Shown here one piece after another: positions 36,201 through 48,200 of a stretch of 64,000 bases of DNA (its first letter is position 1; every line of letters starts with the position of its first letter). The DNA comes from Convolutriloba macropyga. Taxonomy: Eukaryota. The translations under genes were made by a program, and so were the position numbers. The notes under the pieces are model-generated. The model saw nothing but the letters and a program-made list of their open reading frames with translations, made no database searches and was not told the DNA's origin. The DNA lies in assembly GCF_964194025.1 (NCBI RefSeq), contig NC_134479.1, positions 17,794,001-17,858,000 of the forward strand. Reading direction: 5' to 3'.

Positions 36201-39200
36201 GAAATTGAGGGTCAGAGTATGGGTGTTGGCATTCTTCGCGGGGAGCCTCTGATGGAGTTCAGCAGCCCCGAGATGCAAGTAAGAATCTTGAAGTATGTGT
36301 AGAGGTAGTAATCGTGTCGTAGTTGTTGTTCACTGCATGAATTGTGAATGCATGTTGTGCTGTTTGGTTTTTACAGCAGTTGGCAACGGGATTGAGGACG
36401 CCATTGGATTTCGAAGGACGCTTCGCCAGCAACGAGAAGATCAGGCCAGATTGGGCTTTTCAGTCATGGATGTGCGAGGGTGTGTATCCTCGTGACATCT
36501 TAAGTTACCACCCGAGGCCACATCGCACTGAAAACTTGTCAGGCTTCTTCAACTTCCGTGTGTTTGGGGGCGAACGTCTGTATGATCCTAGCCTGCTCAT
36601 TGCAAACTCGTTCACGTACACAGGCCCTCATGTAGATTCTAAGCCCACGCTGCCCACACTTGCTGTTCTCCTCTTTGGCGTGAAGCTCTGGATTATATGT
36701 CCAGACATCAAGACAGACACGGCAGCGTTCATTAGAGGGCTGAATTTGAAAGAAATGTGCAGCTTCCTCAAAGTAATTGCGCAATTAGTTCGGTTTTGAC
36801 TGTTTTTTGTTCCTCTGCTGACACTATGAGAGCATAGTGCGGTTGATGTTCTTGATTGTCAAATGTCATGCTTGTTCAGGGGCCAGCAGGGAAAGGATTC
36901 ATATTCGTGATTCAACGGCCTGGTGACACGCTGTATCTGCGAGAGATGGCTGGGCACGCTGTCCTCACTGTCAATGGTCTCCCTGGCATCGACTGTGGGA
37001 TCATTGAAGAGGGCTCGTGTCTGCTATCGTCACCAGTGGTCACGGATTTGTCTCCAGAGAGGTTGCACGGGTTAAGTTGGATCGTTCCGTCTGGTAGTCG
37101 TGCTGGAGGGCACGATTATCAGCATCTGAAGAGGAAGCACAAGGAGGATCCCGTGAACAACCCGGCACCCCCTGCTCGTAAGAGGAAGCAGAAGAAGAAG
37201 GCCCGGTTTGGAAGAACTCAGCGCCCAAAAAGTTAGCTCAATGACAAGTGGTATCAAATTTTACTGCACTTTTTTTCCCAAATAGTATTGAATAAATAGC
37301 GAAAAATTGAAAACTGAATAATACGAGAAATGCGGTAATACCCATATAGCACAAAGCACAATGTTTACGGTCTGTATATTAAATTTGAGTTGCGTAGCTC
37401 AAATAACAAGATGAGGCTTTTGTTTTTCGTATTTTAAGAAATTTTATAAATAGCACACAGATCCGATAAAAGGTAAAATTAAACATAATATAGTGCACAG
37501 AAGCACGTGAAAGAGGGCATATAGCACGAAGGTTGTTATGATAAATAACTGTGTTAAAAATTACAGCGCTAACTTTTATAGTTAAGCCAGGCTTTTGTTT
37601 TAAAATACACTGTTTTTTTTAATAAAGTTAAAAAAAATAACACGAAATTAAACTTTTTGGTTCCTTCATGAAGTCCAATCAGCACAAAATTACGCATTTA
37701 ACACAAAGCAATAGCTGAGGAGTGTGTATAGAGAAAATGAGAGCTTTTGAACAAAGGGCACTACCAGGCTTTTGTTTTAACTGCAGCAAACTTTTTATAA
37801 ATATCACATTCAGAGGGTAATTGTAATCGATTACAACATAAGTACTAAGCTTAGCCACTCATATGACGTGAGCAGGCACATGTAGGAGCTACGCTGAGAT
37901 TTATAGAGAGATTGAGCCAATAGAGTTGTCAGGCTTTTGTATTAAAGAAGCATTAAAAATAAAGCAACAATAAAACTTGTTCGTCAAATAAAACATAAAT
38001 TAATTTAAAAATATTTGCGTTTAAGATTTTGTTTTACCCATATGACATTAAGCACATAAACTCGGATTTTTTCAAATCATTGAAATATTTTTTATTTTTT
38101 CAAATCATTGAAATATTTTTTATTTTAGAGCCAACAAGCAGCACACAGCTTCTAGACGAGGGAAACAGCAGCGAATAGCTGCAAGCAGAAGGGTGGGGAG
38201 AGGAGGGGGACAGGGGGGAGAAACGAAGCATCGTCATTAAGTTTTAGTAGGTATATCCACTTTATTTATACTTGAAAAATTTTCTGGTTATTAAATTGAG
38301 AAGTAGCACACATATTGAATCCGCGATATTCTAACATATTTGTAGCAATTATTCGTTTCGGTAGTTTTGGTGGACGAATTGTATAATAACTTTCATACAG
38401 CTCCAGAAATAAATGTATTTTTTTTCTGTTTTTTTTTCAATTTATATGAGTATTTTTTTTCTTTTCACAATTATATAATTAAATCTTTCAAGACAAAATC
38501 TTTTATAATTGAGTATAGGACTGAGAGTAGCACAGGTATAATAAATTGTTTGTGAGTGAAAAACACCCAGAATCAAATCAGTAACTAATGGTTTATGAAG
38601 ATTTTCAGATCTATAAAAATGATGTCAAAGATATTGTTTGTTGCATTATTTGCTATGATTGTTACGAGTGTTGATATTAACAAGTGCATTTTATTGAGCG
38701 AAGAGAACAATTTTGGGACAAATTTGAAGTGGTTGTGTTGTGATGGAGTACAATTTTTGATCGAGGATGGAAAAATTACAGCAAAAGCAGGGGCATGCGA
38801 AAATTCCCAAAATAAAGTGAAGCCTTCAGCTGGCAGCATGTTAATGATAGCCAGTTTTGCAATTGTGCTACAATTACAGTTGTGTCATTAATATAAGAGT
38901 AGTAGGAAAGTGGTGAAGGAAATCAGTTTAATGAGAGCAAGTAGATAGAGTTGAGTAAAGTGAACAAAACTTGAAAATTTCAAAAACAAAGAAACTTTTA
39001 GTTTTATTTACCATACGTTGAATCTGTAAATGAATTAAAGTTTGGAGAAGCCTGATCTATATATTTTTCATTAAGCACGCGACTCATAAATCACTTGAGG
39101 ATAAATGGGGGGCGGAACATTCGATTGCTCTGACTCTGGACAAGATGCAGATTGAGAATCCGCTGTATCAACAGTAGTTGTTGAAGGGCTAAAAAATGGA

Positions 39201-42200
39201 TTTGGTAAATTTAAATCACGTCGTCGGAAAATTAATCCCTTTTCGCGAATACGATGATTAGGGTGTTGTCGCAAGTAGTCGTAATCTTCATCAGAAACTA
39301 CCAAAATGGGCTGTGATTAAATAGTGTGGGCAGAAATAGTTAGGCGAAATGAGAAACGTCTATGAACTTGAATGTACCGGTGAAAAAGATAACTCAAAAA
39401 GTGTAGACCGAAAGATAACATCAAAAAGTGTAGACCGAAAGACAAAATAAATGTAGTGATCGCAAACACAATATAAGGTGTCCAGTGCACCGTCTCATCG
39501 AATTTTGCTGTTATCTGAGGATGAAATTGTTTCATGCGATTAACAATAGGTTCAGTAACTTTTTCGAGTTCTTTATAATTACGTCTCTCATGCTCAGGAA
39601 TGTGAATTAGTTGGAGATGAACCTCCTCTACTAATTGTACTCGAGCAATGTCAACATCAGACATTTGTGGCATAGAATCAAGAGATGGAAGTTGATTGAA
39701 TAAAAAGCTAAGCGGCGTTGGTAAATTAATGTCGAGTCTAACTGGTGTTGTATACTGACAGGTAGACCAATCTGATCTTAAATGTATATTAGGTCCTTCT
39801 AATTCCTGTCCACACGCTAAAATAATAATGCAAACTTGGCACCCTTGTCTATGTTCTTTACTTAGGGGATGAATAGAATTCGGAGATCTAGTCGAGAGCA
39901 GAAAGTTTGGCGTTGCACTAGTAATCAGCCATCTACCATGGCCTAACGATTGAGCCTTTTCTTTGATAGGTAATTGAATTGATCTGATGCTACAAACTTC
40001 GAGTGCGGATAGAGTGTCTTTAAAAAGCAAAGTAGCCAGACATGAGTCCTTCGATTTTTCCATCGCAAAAGAAGAGAAACAAATTGAGTAAAGCTTAGAG
40101 CCTATACATTCTTGTAAGTCAAATTCAGTCAAAAGTGCAGCTTCACTTTGCGTTTCTGTTACTGCAATGTAAGGCGTTTCTAAAACCCAAATGGTTGCTC
40201 TTGTTGACTCTTTAGTTGGCATTGGAACTGGAATAGCGTGAAATACATCTAAAGCTGTAGAGCCTGATGAAAAAGGTATAGATAATGTTAACATAAGACC
40301 AGAGTCGACACTAACAACACTTGTAACAAGTCGTGTCTCATAATAAGACATCACATGTTCTATTGGAATTGAAAGTGTTAGTCGATCTCTGGTGTATTGA
40401 GTTTCTAGCAAAACTTGTTGTAAAATTCGAATAAAAATTTTGCGAGGTATAAGAGAAAGTGGCAGCATACCATCTGCAATGGCAGTAGTCGAGCTCAAAA
40501 TGTTCATTCTAAAAGCAAAAAGAGCAGATCTATATGTGCGCAGATTGGTGTATACAGACGTTAAAATAGAGTTCAACAGTCCAATGTGGTGATTGACTTC
40601 TTCACGGATATAAAGAAATTGGTCACAATTTCGCATGTAGTTAATGCTGCTAGCCAATGTGTCAAACTGTGTCTGTAAAATTTTAACGTTAGATCTCTGG
40701 ACTTCAGCTAGATGTTCTGTGGATTTACGCAGGTCTCGGAGTTCCTTTCCTACTACAAAAAATTTCTCGTTCGTGGCGTTTTGGACACTAGACCATTCTT
40801 GCTGTAATTGGTTCATGTGGTTGATGGAGTCTACAATAGCTTTTCTATTCTGCTTACCAATCTGATTGCATCCGCCAAACATTCGTCCTAATGTACAGGA
40901 TAGTTTGTCTTTGAATCCCATGCCCAGACCACAGATTCCAGCTGCAGCGCCTGCTAACAGGGCAACGGGAATGCCTCTTCGTTCTCGATGTTGATGCTCT
41001 GTAACTTTTGAGGGGAACAGCTCTGAGTTCTTGCTGAAGTTTCACCAAGTCGTTTTCGGCTCTTTCTTTCTCTGCAATGACTTCGGTAAGAACCCATTGT
41101 GAAGTGAAGTTGGTGGCAGTGATGTTACTGTAGTCAAGTTGGCATCCCTTGTTGGGGTGATTCCAGAGTGTGTCCATTCTTTGTGCGATTTCAGAGATAA
41201 ATTTATCAATTGTTAGGTCAAAATTTGGAAAAGACAAAACAAATTGAATCTGTTCAAATTTTTCAGCCAATAGTATTTTTCGATGGTAATTAAAAACAAT
41301 GCCATTATTTTCTGAGTTTCCTGCTATCAGAAAAGGAAAGATTATTAATTGAACAAGCGAAATTGAATACAAGTTGTAACCAAAGTTGGCCATTCTTTAG
41401 TTGAAATTTGTTTTCTTAAGTTCGCCAAATGTTAGTACTGCTCAATTCGGCTGATTTTTGGATAAATGATCTAAATATGTGAATATTTTGGTTTGTATTC
41501 TGAGTGTGTTGAACTTTATCAGAAAAGGTTATGTTTGAACTGACGGGAGTGATATCCAAAGTTTAGTCAAATTAACTTTTATCAAATGTTACTAGATTTG
41601 TTTGCTGTTTCAGTGGAGCACAGGAAGGACATAGTTTGCGTACTTAGATAATCTAAACAATTAGTTTGCGAATCGGTCAGAGTTCGATGAGCTGGCTTGA
41701 TAGCGTTTTGGTACGTTCACCTCTCGGCGAAGTTCATATGCCCTGTTAGTTCCAACGCGTGGATCTTGATCTGGTGGAACTAATGAGCGGCACCTTCTTT
41801 TTGATTTATTTGGCGGATCCAAAGGAACCGCTTGTGAAAACACGCTGGTCGGTTGAGTAGTGGCCCGTGTAACGTAATTTGGATAGTTTCGGGTATCAAT
41901 GAATTCGGCACTCTGAGTAGTTGGTTGGAAGTGTTGGTTTCCTTCTACCACAAATTGCTCCTCAGTATTTTTATACTCTTCGTGACAAAAGCCTGGCCTG
42001 TTTTCCTGGTTTTGGGTCTGTAGAGGTCGCAAAATGGGCTGCTCATCATCTGATTGTTGTAATATGGGGTCTGAATTTCGTCCATCAGCAACTAAATTTG
42101 TGTTATTATCATTTTCACGTCGGTTTATATTTAATTGCAGTTCCGGATTATTTGCAAAGTATGTTGGAGCATTAAAACGTGATCTCACACCAAATTGAAT

Positions 42201-45200
42201 AATTGAGGAACCATTAGATGGTCCCACTATGATTGGCGAGTGGTGGGAGGCTAGATCTTTTAGGGTTTGGTCAAAAATTTGAGGTTCAGAGATTATTTTT
42301 GTGATTGGGTCGGCTTTAAAGATTTTGGAGTCAATCTCTTTCAAATCTTCAAACTCGTATTTTGGTTGAATTGGACGCAAACGAATACGATGTACGAGTT
42401 GTGTATCGTTGGTATTAACTTTGCGAACTATATAGTTTGAATTTGTTAAAACTTGCTCAACGCAATAGAGCGGTAACCATTTGGTTACTGATTTAGCAGC
42501 AAAGTCTTTTGTACTACTTATTTTTGGGTTCATTAATAGGCAGTACGAATACAATACTAGAGGTTTGGAAAGAGCTTTTTTGTCATAGAAACGACGATAT
42601 TTGTTGTATGCAACTATGGAATTATCCCTAGCACCAGCAAAGAGCGTGTTCATACGGTCTTGACTTTGTTGTAAAAAGTCTTGAGTTGGTTGCGCTTTTT
42701 TGACAGTTAAATTATTGAATCGCAAGTCAAGGGGCTTTGTCGGCTGACGGCCATGAAAGAGCAGGGTCGGGGGGCATCCTATTGAAGAATTATAAGTGGT
42801 GTTATAGACAAAAGCTGCGATATCAACATAATGATGCCAGTCTTTTACAATTATATCTTCATAAATATGCAAAATTCGTTTTACTATAGCATGGCTACGT
42901 TCAACTGCACCAATTGTTTGAGGATGTTTTACAGATGCCAATTTTAGTTCAACTTCTAGCAATTCACATAAAGTTTTCATCATCTTTGACGTGAAAACTG
43001 AGCCCAAATCACAAAATGGTTGATGGAAGGTATGCGTGCTGCATAAAAATTTGAAGCAAAAATCTGGCAACGTTTTCCGCCGATGCATTTTTCATTGGGA
43101 TTAGAAAAAGATAACGGCTGAAGATATCCATCGCAGAGAGTATTTGTGTATAACCTCCGGAGGGATTAAGTTTGCCTACAATATCTACTTCCATCAAATC
43201 TCCCGGAAAATATTGTTCTGACGCAATTGGTAAAAGAGGTGTTTTTAGGCTGTTTTGCTGAACTGATTTGATTTGCAAACAAGATGAACAATTGGACACA
43301 TACTCTAAAAGAGTTTCTGTAAATTCAGGAAAGTAAAACCTCTGGCGAAACTGGTTTGCAGTTTCGGCTGTTCCAATGTGTCCCATAAATTTGCTATTGT
43401 GAATTCTAAACAGAATCTCATGACGAAGGTGCTTAGGAAGAACCAACTGACGTATAAAATTCTGTCCGGTGTTATCGAAAATTTGCGATAAAACACATTA
43501 TTATACAATTCCAATCGGTTCAACTGTTTATTATATTTTTGCAATTCGGTATTAGAGTAAGTTGTAACTGGTTTCACTTTTCTCTTGATCCAATTGATCA
43601 GTTCTAATATTGCCATCTTTTTGTTGCTCCTCAAAAAGATTCAAGGACTGGTTGTTATTGCTGAGATCAAACTCATCTAAGGGGTTAGCTTCTGCGAGTG
43701 AATTTAAGGGGAAGTCAAAAGAAGGCTCAAACACTTCAATCAAATCAGAATCTGGTTCCTCTAAATAACACTGTAAAGCTGTAAGACTATTGTCTGGAAT
43801 TTTTGGTCGGAATTCGACAGCAACGTCTTTAAGTTGAATTCTGGTTTCCAATTTTAGTTGGAGCTTTGTAGCAGGATTAATATAGATCCTAGACAAATAA
43901 TCTACGGCTACGTTAGCTTTACCTGGGACATGCCCCAAAACAAAATTGAAATTAAGGACATGATCAACTGCATTCCATAAGGGAGTTGGAACTGTCTTTG
44001 CCTGGAAAAAACTAGTCAAACTTTTGTTGTCAGTCAACACTAAGATAGGTTTTTTAGTCCCCCATAAGATGTGCGCAAAATTATCAAAAGCAAAATGAAC
44101 TCCCAGAAACTCTTTTGCATAAATTGATAATTTAAGTTCCGTTGCATTAAAGATTTTAGAACCAAAAGCCACGGGAGCGTATTGCTTCTGTTCTAGTCCT
44201 TCCTGGTTCAGTACATAGTCCTCTACCATAAGGACGTATCCTGCGGAATAATAGCTTGCGTCGGACAATATTACATATAGTAGATCTGTTTTTGGTGGGC
44301 GAAGGGTTATTTTACAAGCATTGTTTAGCATTTCTATTAGTTCACTCATCGATTTTCGGTGCTCATCCGTAATTTCAAAATTGTTGTTACATTTTAGTAG
44401 TTTGTAAAATGGGAGCAGTCTCTCACTGAGGTTCGGTAAATAGGTTCTAAAGTATTGAAAGAAACCAACAAGTCTTTTGAGTTGCTTGAAGTTTTTTGGC
44501 ATTTTGAGATTTGATAAAAATTTATCTATTTTTGCCTTTATGGGGGATGTTCCTTCCGATGAAATTGTTCTACCTAAAAATGTGATCTCGGGGACACCAA
44601 TTTCACATTTTCCCATTGATAACTTAAGTCCTGAATTTCTAATACACGTAAAGATAGCTTTCAAATTTCCGTAAAGACCCTGAAAATCAATTGCGCCTGT
44701 TCCCAAATCATCCACGTACTGGAAACATTGGTCATTAGCTATACATGAATCAAGGTACTTTCTCATGAAAGAGCTGAAGGCACTGACTGATCTACTTAGT
44801 CCCTGTGCTAACCTAGTGTACGCAAAGGTTCGGGAGGCAAAATTGAAGGCTAATAACTGGACAGATAATGGGTCAGACATCTTAACCGCATAATACGCCT
44901 GACTACAATCTAGTTTTGCGAAAATTCGTTTGCCCGCTAAATGTGCTCCGACATCTTCCATAGTTGAAATCGGGAAATTGTTAGAGTTGTAGTCATGGCG
45001 TATTAAGTGATTAATACGCCTAAGGTCAACTAATAGTCGGAGTTTTCCGGACGGTTTGTGTTGCGCAAAAAGAGGGCTCGAGTGTTTGGAATAGGGCAGT
45101 GTAGTGATGATTCCAAAATACTGCATTATAGCTTAATCAATGAGGATTTCCTCGCGCAAGTGAATTGCAGTGGGTGGGCTCTGAGTATAAACTGGTCGCT

Positions 45201-48200
45201 GTGTTTCAGGTGTGAGCTTAATCTTAAACTGGTCATTTCCACCGACATCATAATTGTGCCGCGCAAAGACATCATGAAAAGAAACTAAAAGTTCTTCAAT
45301 TTGTTCCTTTTCTTGTTCAGTTAAAATTGAATTGTCCCACCGAAATTTTGAAAGACATTTTTTCCTAGACTCAGAATCTTTTGTTGGATCAAGCTTTTCT
45401 TGTTCTTTCAAAAATTTGAGTGTCTCAAATATTCTTTTGTGAATACCGGTTAATGCATCTGGGTCCTCACAATTTTCAGGTGTAGGAAACCAAAAGCAGT
45501 CTGTTGGAAATGGTAAACTTTGCTGGGAATTGTCAACAAGCTCGTTTATGTTGCTGCCATCTATATTTAAGAGCGCTGGGTCAATTGGTTGTAAATACTT
45601 TGCTTGCTTAGGCGTTAAAATTGTAAATCGAGCAACTACTGCTCCCTTTGGTACTGAAACTACATTTGGGGTTACATTTAAGAAAGCTATTGGCGTTTTT
45701 GAAGATTGGATTTTTGAAAAGGAGCTGGTTAAACAAAGACCTGTTGATCTTTCAAAACGTGGGTTAGGATCTACAATTCCAATTGTGTTGTCGGCTAAAA
45801 TATTGTCGAGAAAACAATCTATTGTTTCCTGACTATTTGGGGAAAATGTCCAATTTTTGGATTGTTTTGAGAACGTATTTATGTTTTTCAAATTTCGTTC
45901 TCGTTTTGCCATTACGCATTGTCATTTCTGAAATTTGCAGAAATTTCAGGCAGGTGTAGTTTTTGTGATGCTACGTCAATTAGATTTCTATTGTTTTTAT
46001 AGAATGGAAGACCTAAAACTGGGTTATTCATTTTGGGCAACAACAAAAACTTTTCTGTGGATACTTGATTAGCGAGAGTGAAGGTGATTTCAACTTCACC
46101 TAGGGTTTTTGCATGGGTTGCGTTCGCATTTAATACTCTGCGGTGCAGATGATTTGATTTTCTCAAGCATGGACGGTGTAAGAGCACTAGAGAAAGCACC
46201 AGAGTCCACTAAAAACTTTAAGGAAAGTGATTTAAACGTTAGGGGAACAAAAAACAGATTTGAGGAAAAAGGATCATAACAGCAGTTGGAAAAGGGGGTT
46301 GCAAATGTGGCTGACCTAGTTTTTTTGCTGATCAAATGGCAGTTGCTAATTTCTTTCAGGTTGAGGTTTGGACCAGCAGTACTGCACTGTGTGTCCATAC
46401 TTTCCACAATTGCGGCAGTATCTCTGGTTTTTGATGGGCATTGTATTTGACCAGTGTCCTGCGTATGCTGTTGGATAGCCTGATGCTGGGTAACCTTGTG
46501 CTTGCACACCCGCTTCATCAGTTGTCGCTGACTGTTGGCCGTGGGACTGATAGCCATAAGCCTTGTAGACTGGCTGCTGTTGTCCTGTTGTTATATAGCC
46601 CGGTCTTTGAGAGCTGATTGCATTGTGACTCTGATTATTTTGATGCCAGCTTCTTTGTTGGAAAGGTTGTTGCATCTGCCAGTTTTTGTTAAACTGGTAG
46701 GGCGGATTAAACCGCTGTCTTGGGTAAAACCCACCTCTGCCTCGATAGAAATGGTGCGGCTGTCTAAAATTACTATAAGGAGCATTAGAGTTTGCATTTT
46801 GAATTTTATGCTCTTCCAGTGACTTCGCTAATTTGTCTGTTGTTTCTTTCAGCTGTTTGATTTTTATTTAAGGCACTCATACTCTGAATAAGTGAGGTCA
46901 TTTGTGAGGCTGAGATTTCACTAAATGCTGTTCCGACATCATCTTCAGGGTATTGCTCTTCAAGCATCGCCCTTCTAGAAGCCCGTTCACATAAGTCTTC
47001 TACAGTGGTGTGGTCAGGAAGAGTGAGTAGATACTTTTTAAGCTTATTTGGCAAACCATTAATAAAGTTCTCCTTAACTCTTCTGACTCGCTCATTAGAA
47101 CGATCTTCAGCAGCAACTGCTGGCACGCCAGCAGCGGCAGCTCGCGCAGCAATATTTGGGAAAGCAAGACTAGCTAAGCGTTGCAACTCTGTCAAAAAAT
47201 CATGAATGCTTTCCTCTGATTGCTTCAGTTTTCTATTTTGGAATTGGAGTTTATAAAGTTCAATTCTATCAGGGTTTACATACCGGTTTCTCAATGCGTC
47301 TAGTGCTTGATCCAAGTCTTCACGTATGGCTTCTGTAAGCTGGTCATAAAAAACTAAGGCATTACCTTTAAGATGAAGATGCAAGTAGCGATGTTGTTGA
47401 TCCTCGTCGATTGCTGCCAATCCAATGCAACTTCGAAGTTGTCGTTCAAATTGAGTAAAATTATCTTTCTCTGATCCCGAAAAGGGCGTCAAATTGAGAA
47501 AAGGTTGCAACTGAGCCATAGTTTACAACAAGAGATTGCAGAGTTTTACGATTTAGTTGTCATTTCCAATGGGAGTCATATTTAGTTTTAAGAGAAAAAA
47601 TCTCTTGACTCAAACTTGCCAAAAACACTCCTGTCACCATGTCAGCGGAGGCCTAGCTATACCCATGTGACGTTCTCCTTTATTCCAGCTATCTATTAGA
47701 GCAATTTTGGGGGCGCTAACTATTTTGGCTTTCTCAGGCTTTTGTTATAAAGATTTTAGGTCAGGATGCTCGAAAGAGTTCTTTTGGCAATTTTGAGTCT
47801 ATCTCCAGAAATAAAAGTTTTGTGCAGCAAATGTTTTATTCACAAGTCATCTGAGCTGTAGCTATCGTTCTCTCTGTTCTGAGAGTGGTAATTAGATCAG
47901 AGCACAACATTTGATGTTAAATATTTGCACGAGATAAAGTAAGAGCATTGTACAATTTAATCTTTATAATCCCGGATGTTTATGGGCGTGTGAATGAGTT
48001 AAACTTTACTAACAATGGGGTAAATGCACGCGCATGGATTGTACAAATATGTTTAGGTATGGCACGAATGTATGAGGGGCATGACACAATTTCCTACCTT
48101 CTCCGCTAAAATAGGAAAACGTGTCCTAAAAATCATGAATGAAACAAACGGAAGCTTCGGACTTGAATGAAAAATATCTTGTACTGAAGAACGTTTCAAC

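Larger units (their letters stand above)
35520..48086 (-). mobile_element. Full-length Ty3/Gypsy LTR retroelement with env and antisense accessory genes (12,567 bp)
   Basis: Paired TG...CA LTRs, PBS, PPT, 5-bp TSD CCATT (35515-35519)/CAATT (48087-48091), domain order gag-PR-RT-RH-IN-env. The empty site is preserved at 54411-54430. Confidence 0.97.

Noticed and set aside
36021-37236. Claim that the intact JmjC frame proves domestication by the host
   Set aside because: With roughly one disruption per kb in gag-pol-env, a 1-kb gene could stay intact by chance; dN/dS across copies is needed.
37414-37946. CRISPR-like repeat-spacer array
   Set aside because: Repeats are only ~13 bp, spacers ~160 bp, there are no cas genes and the context is eukaryotic.
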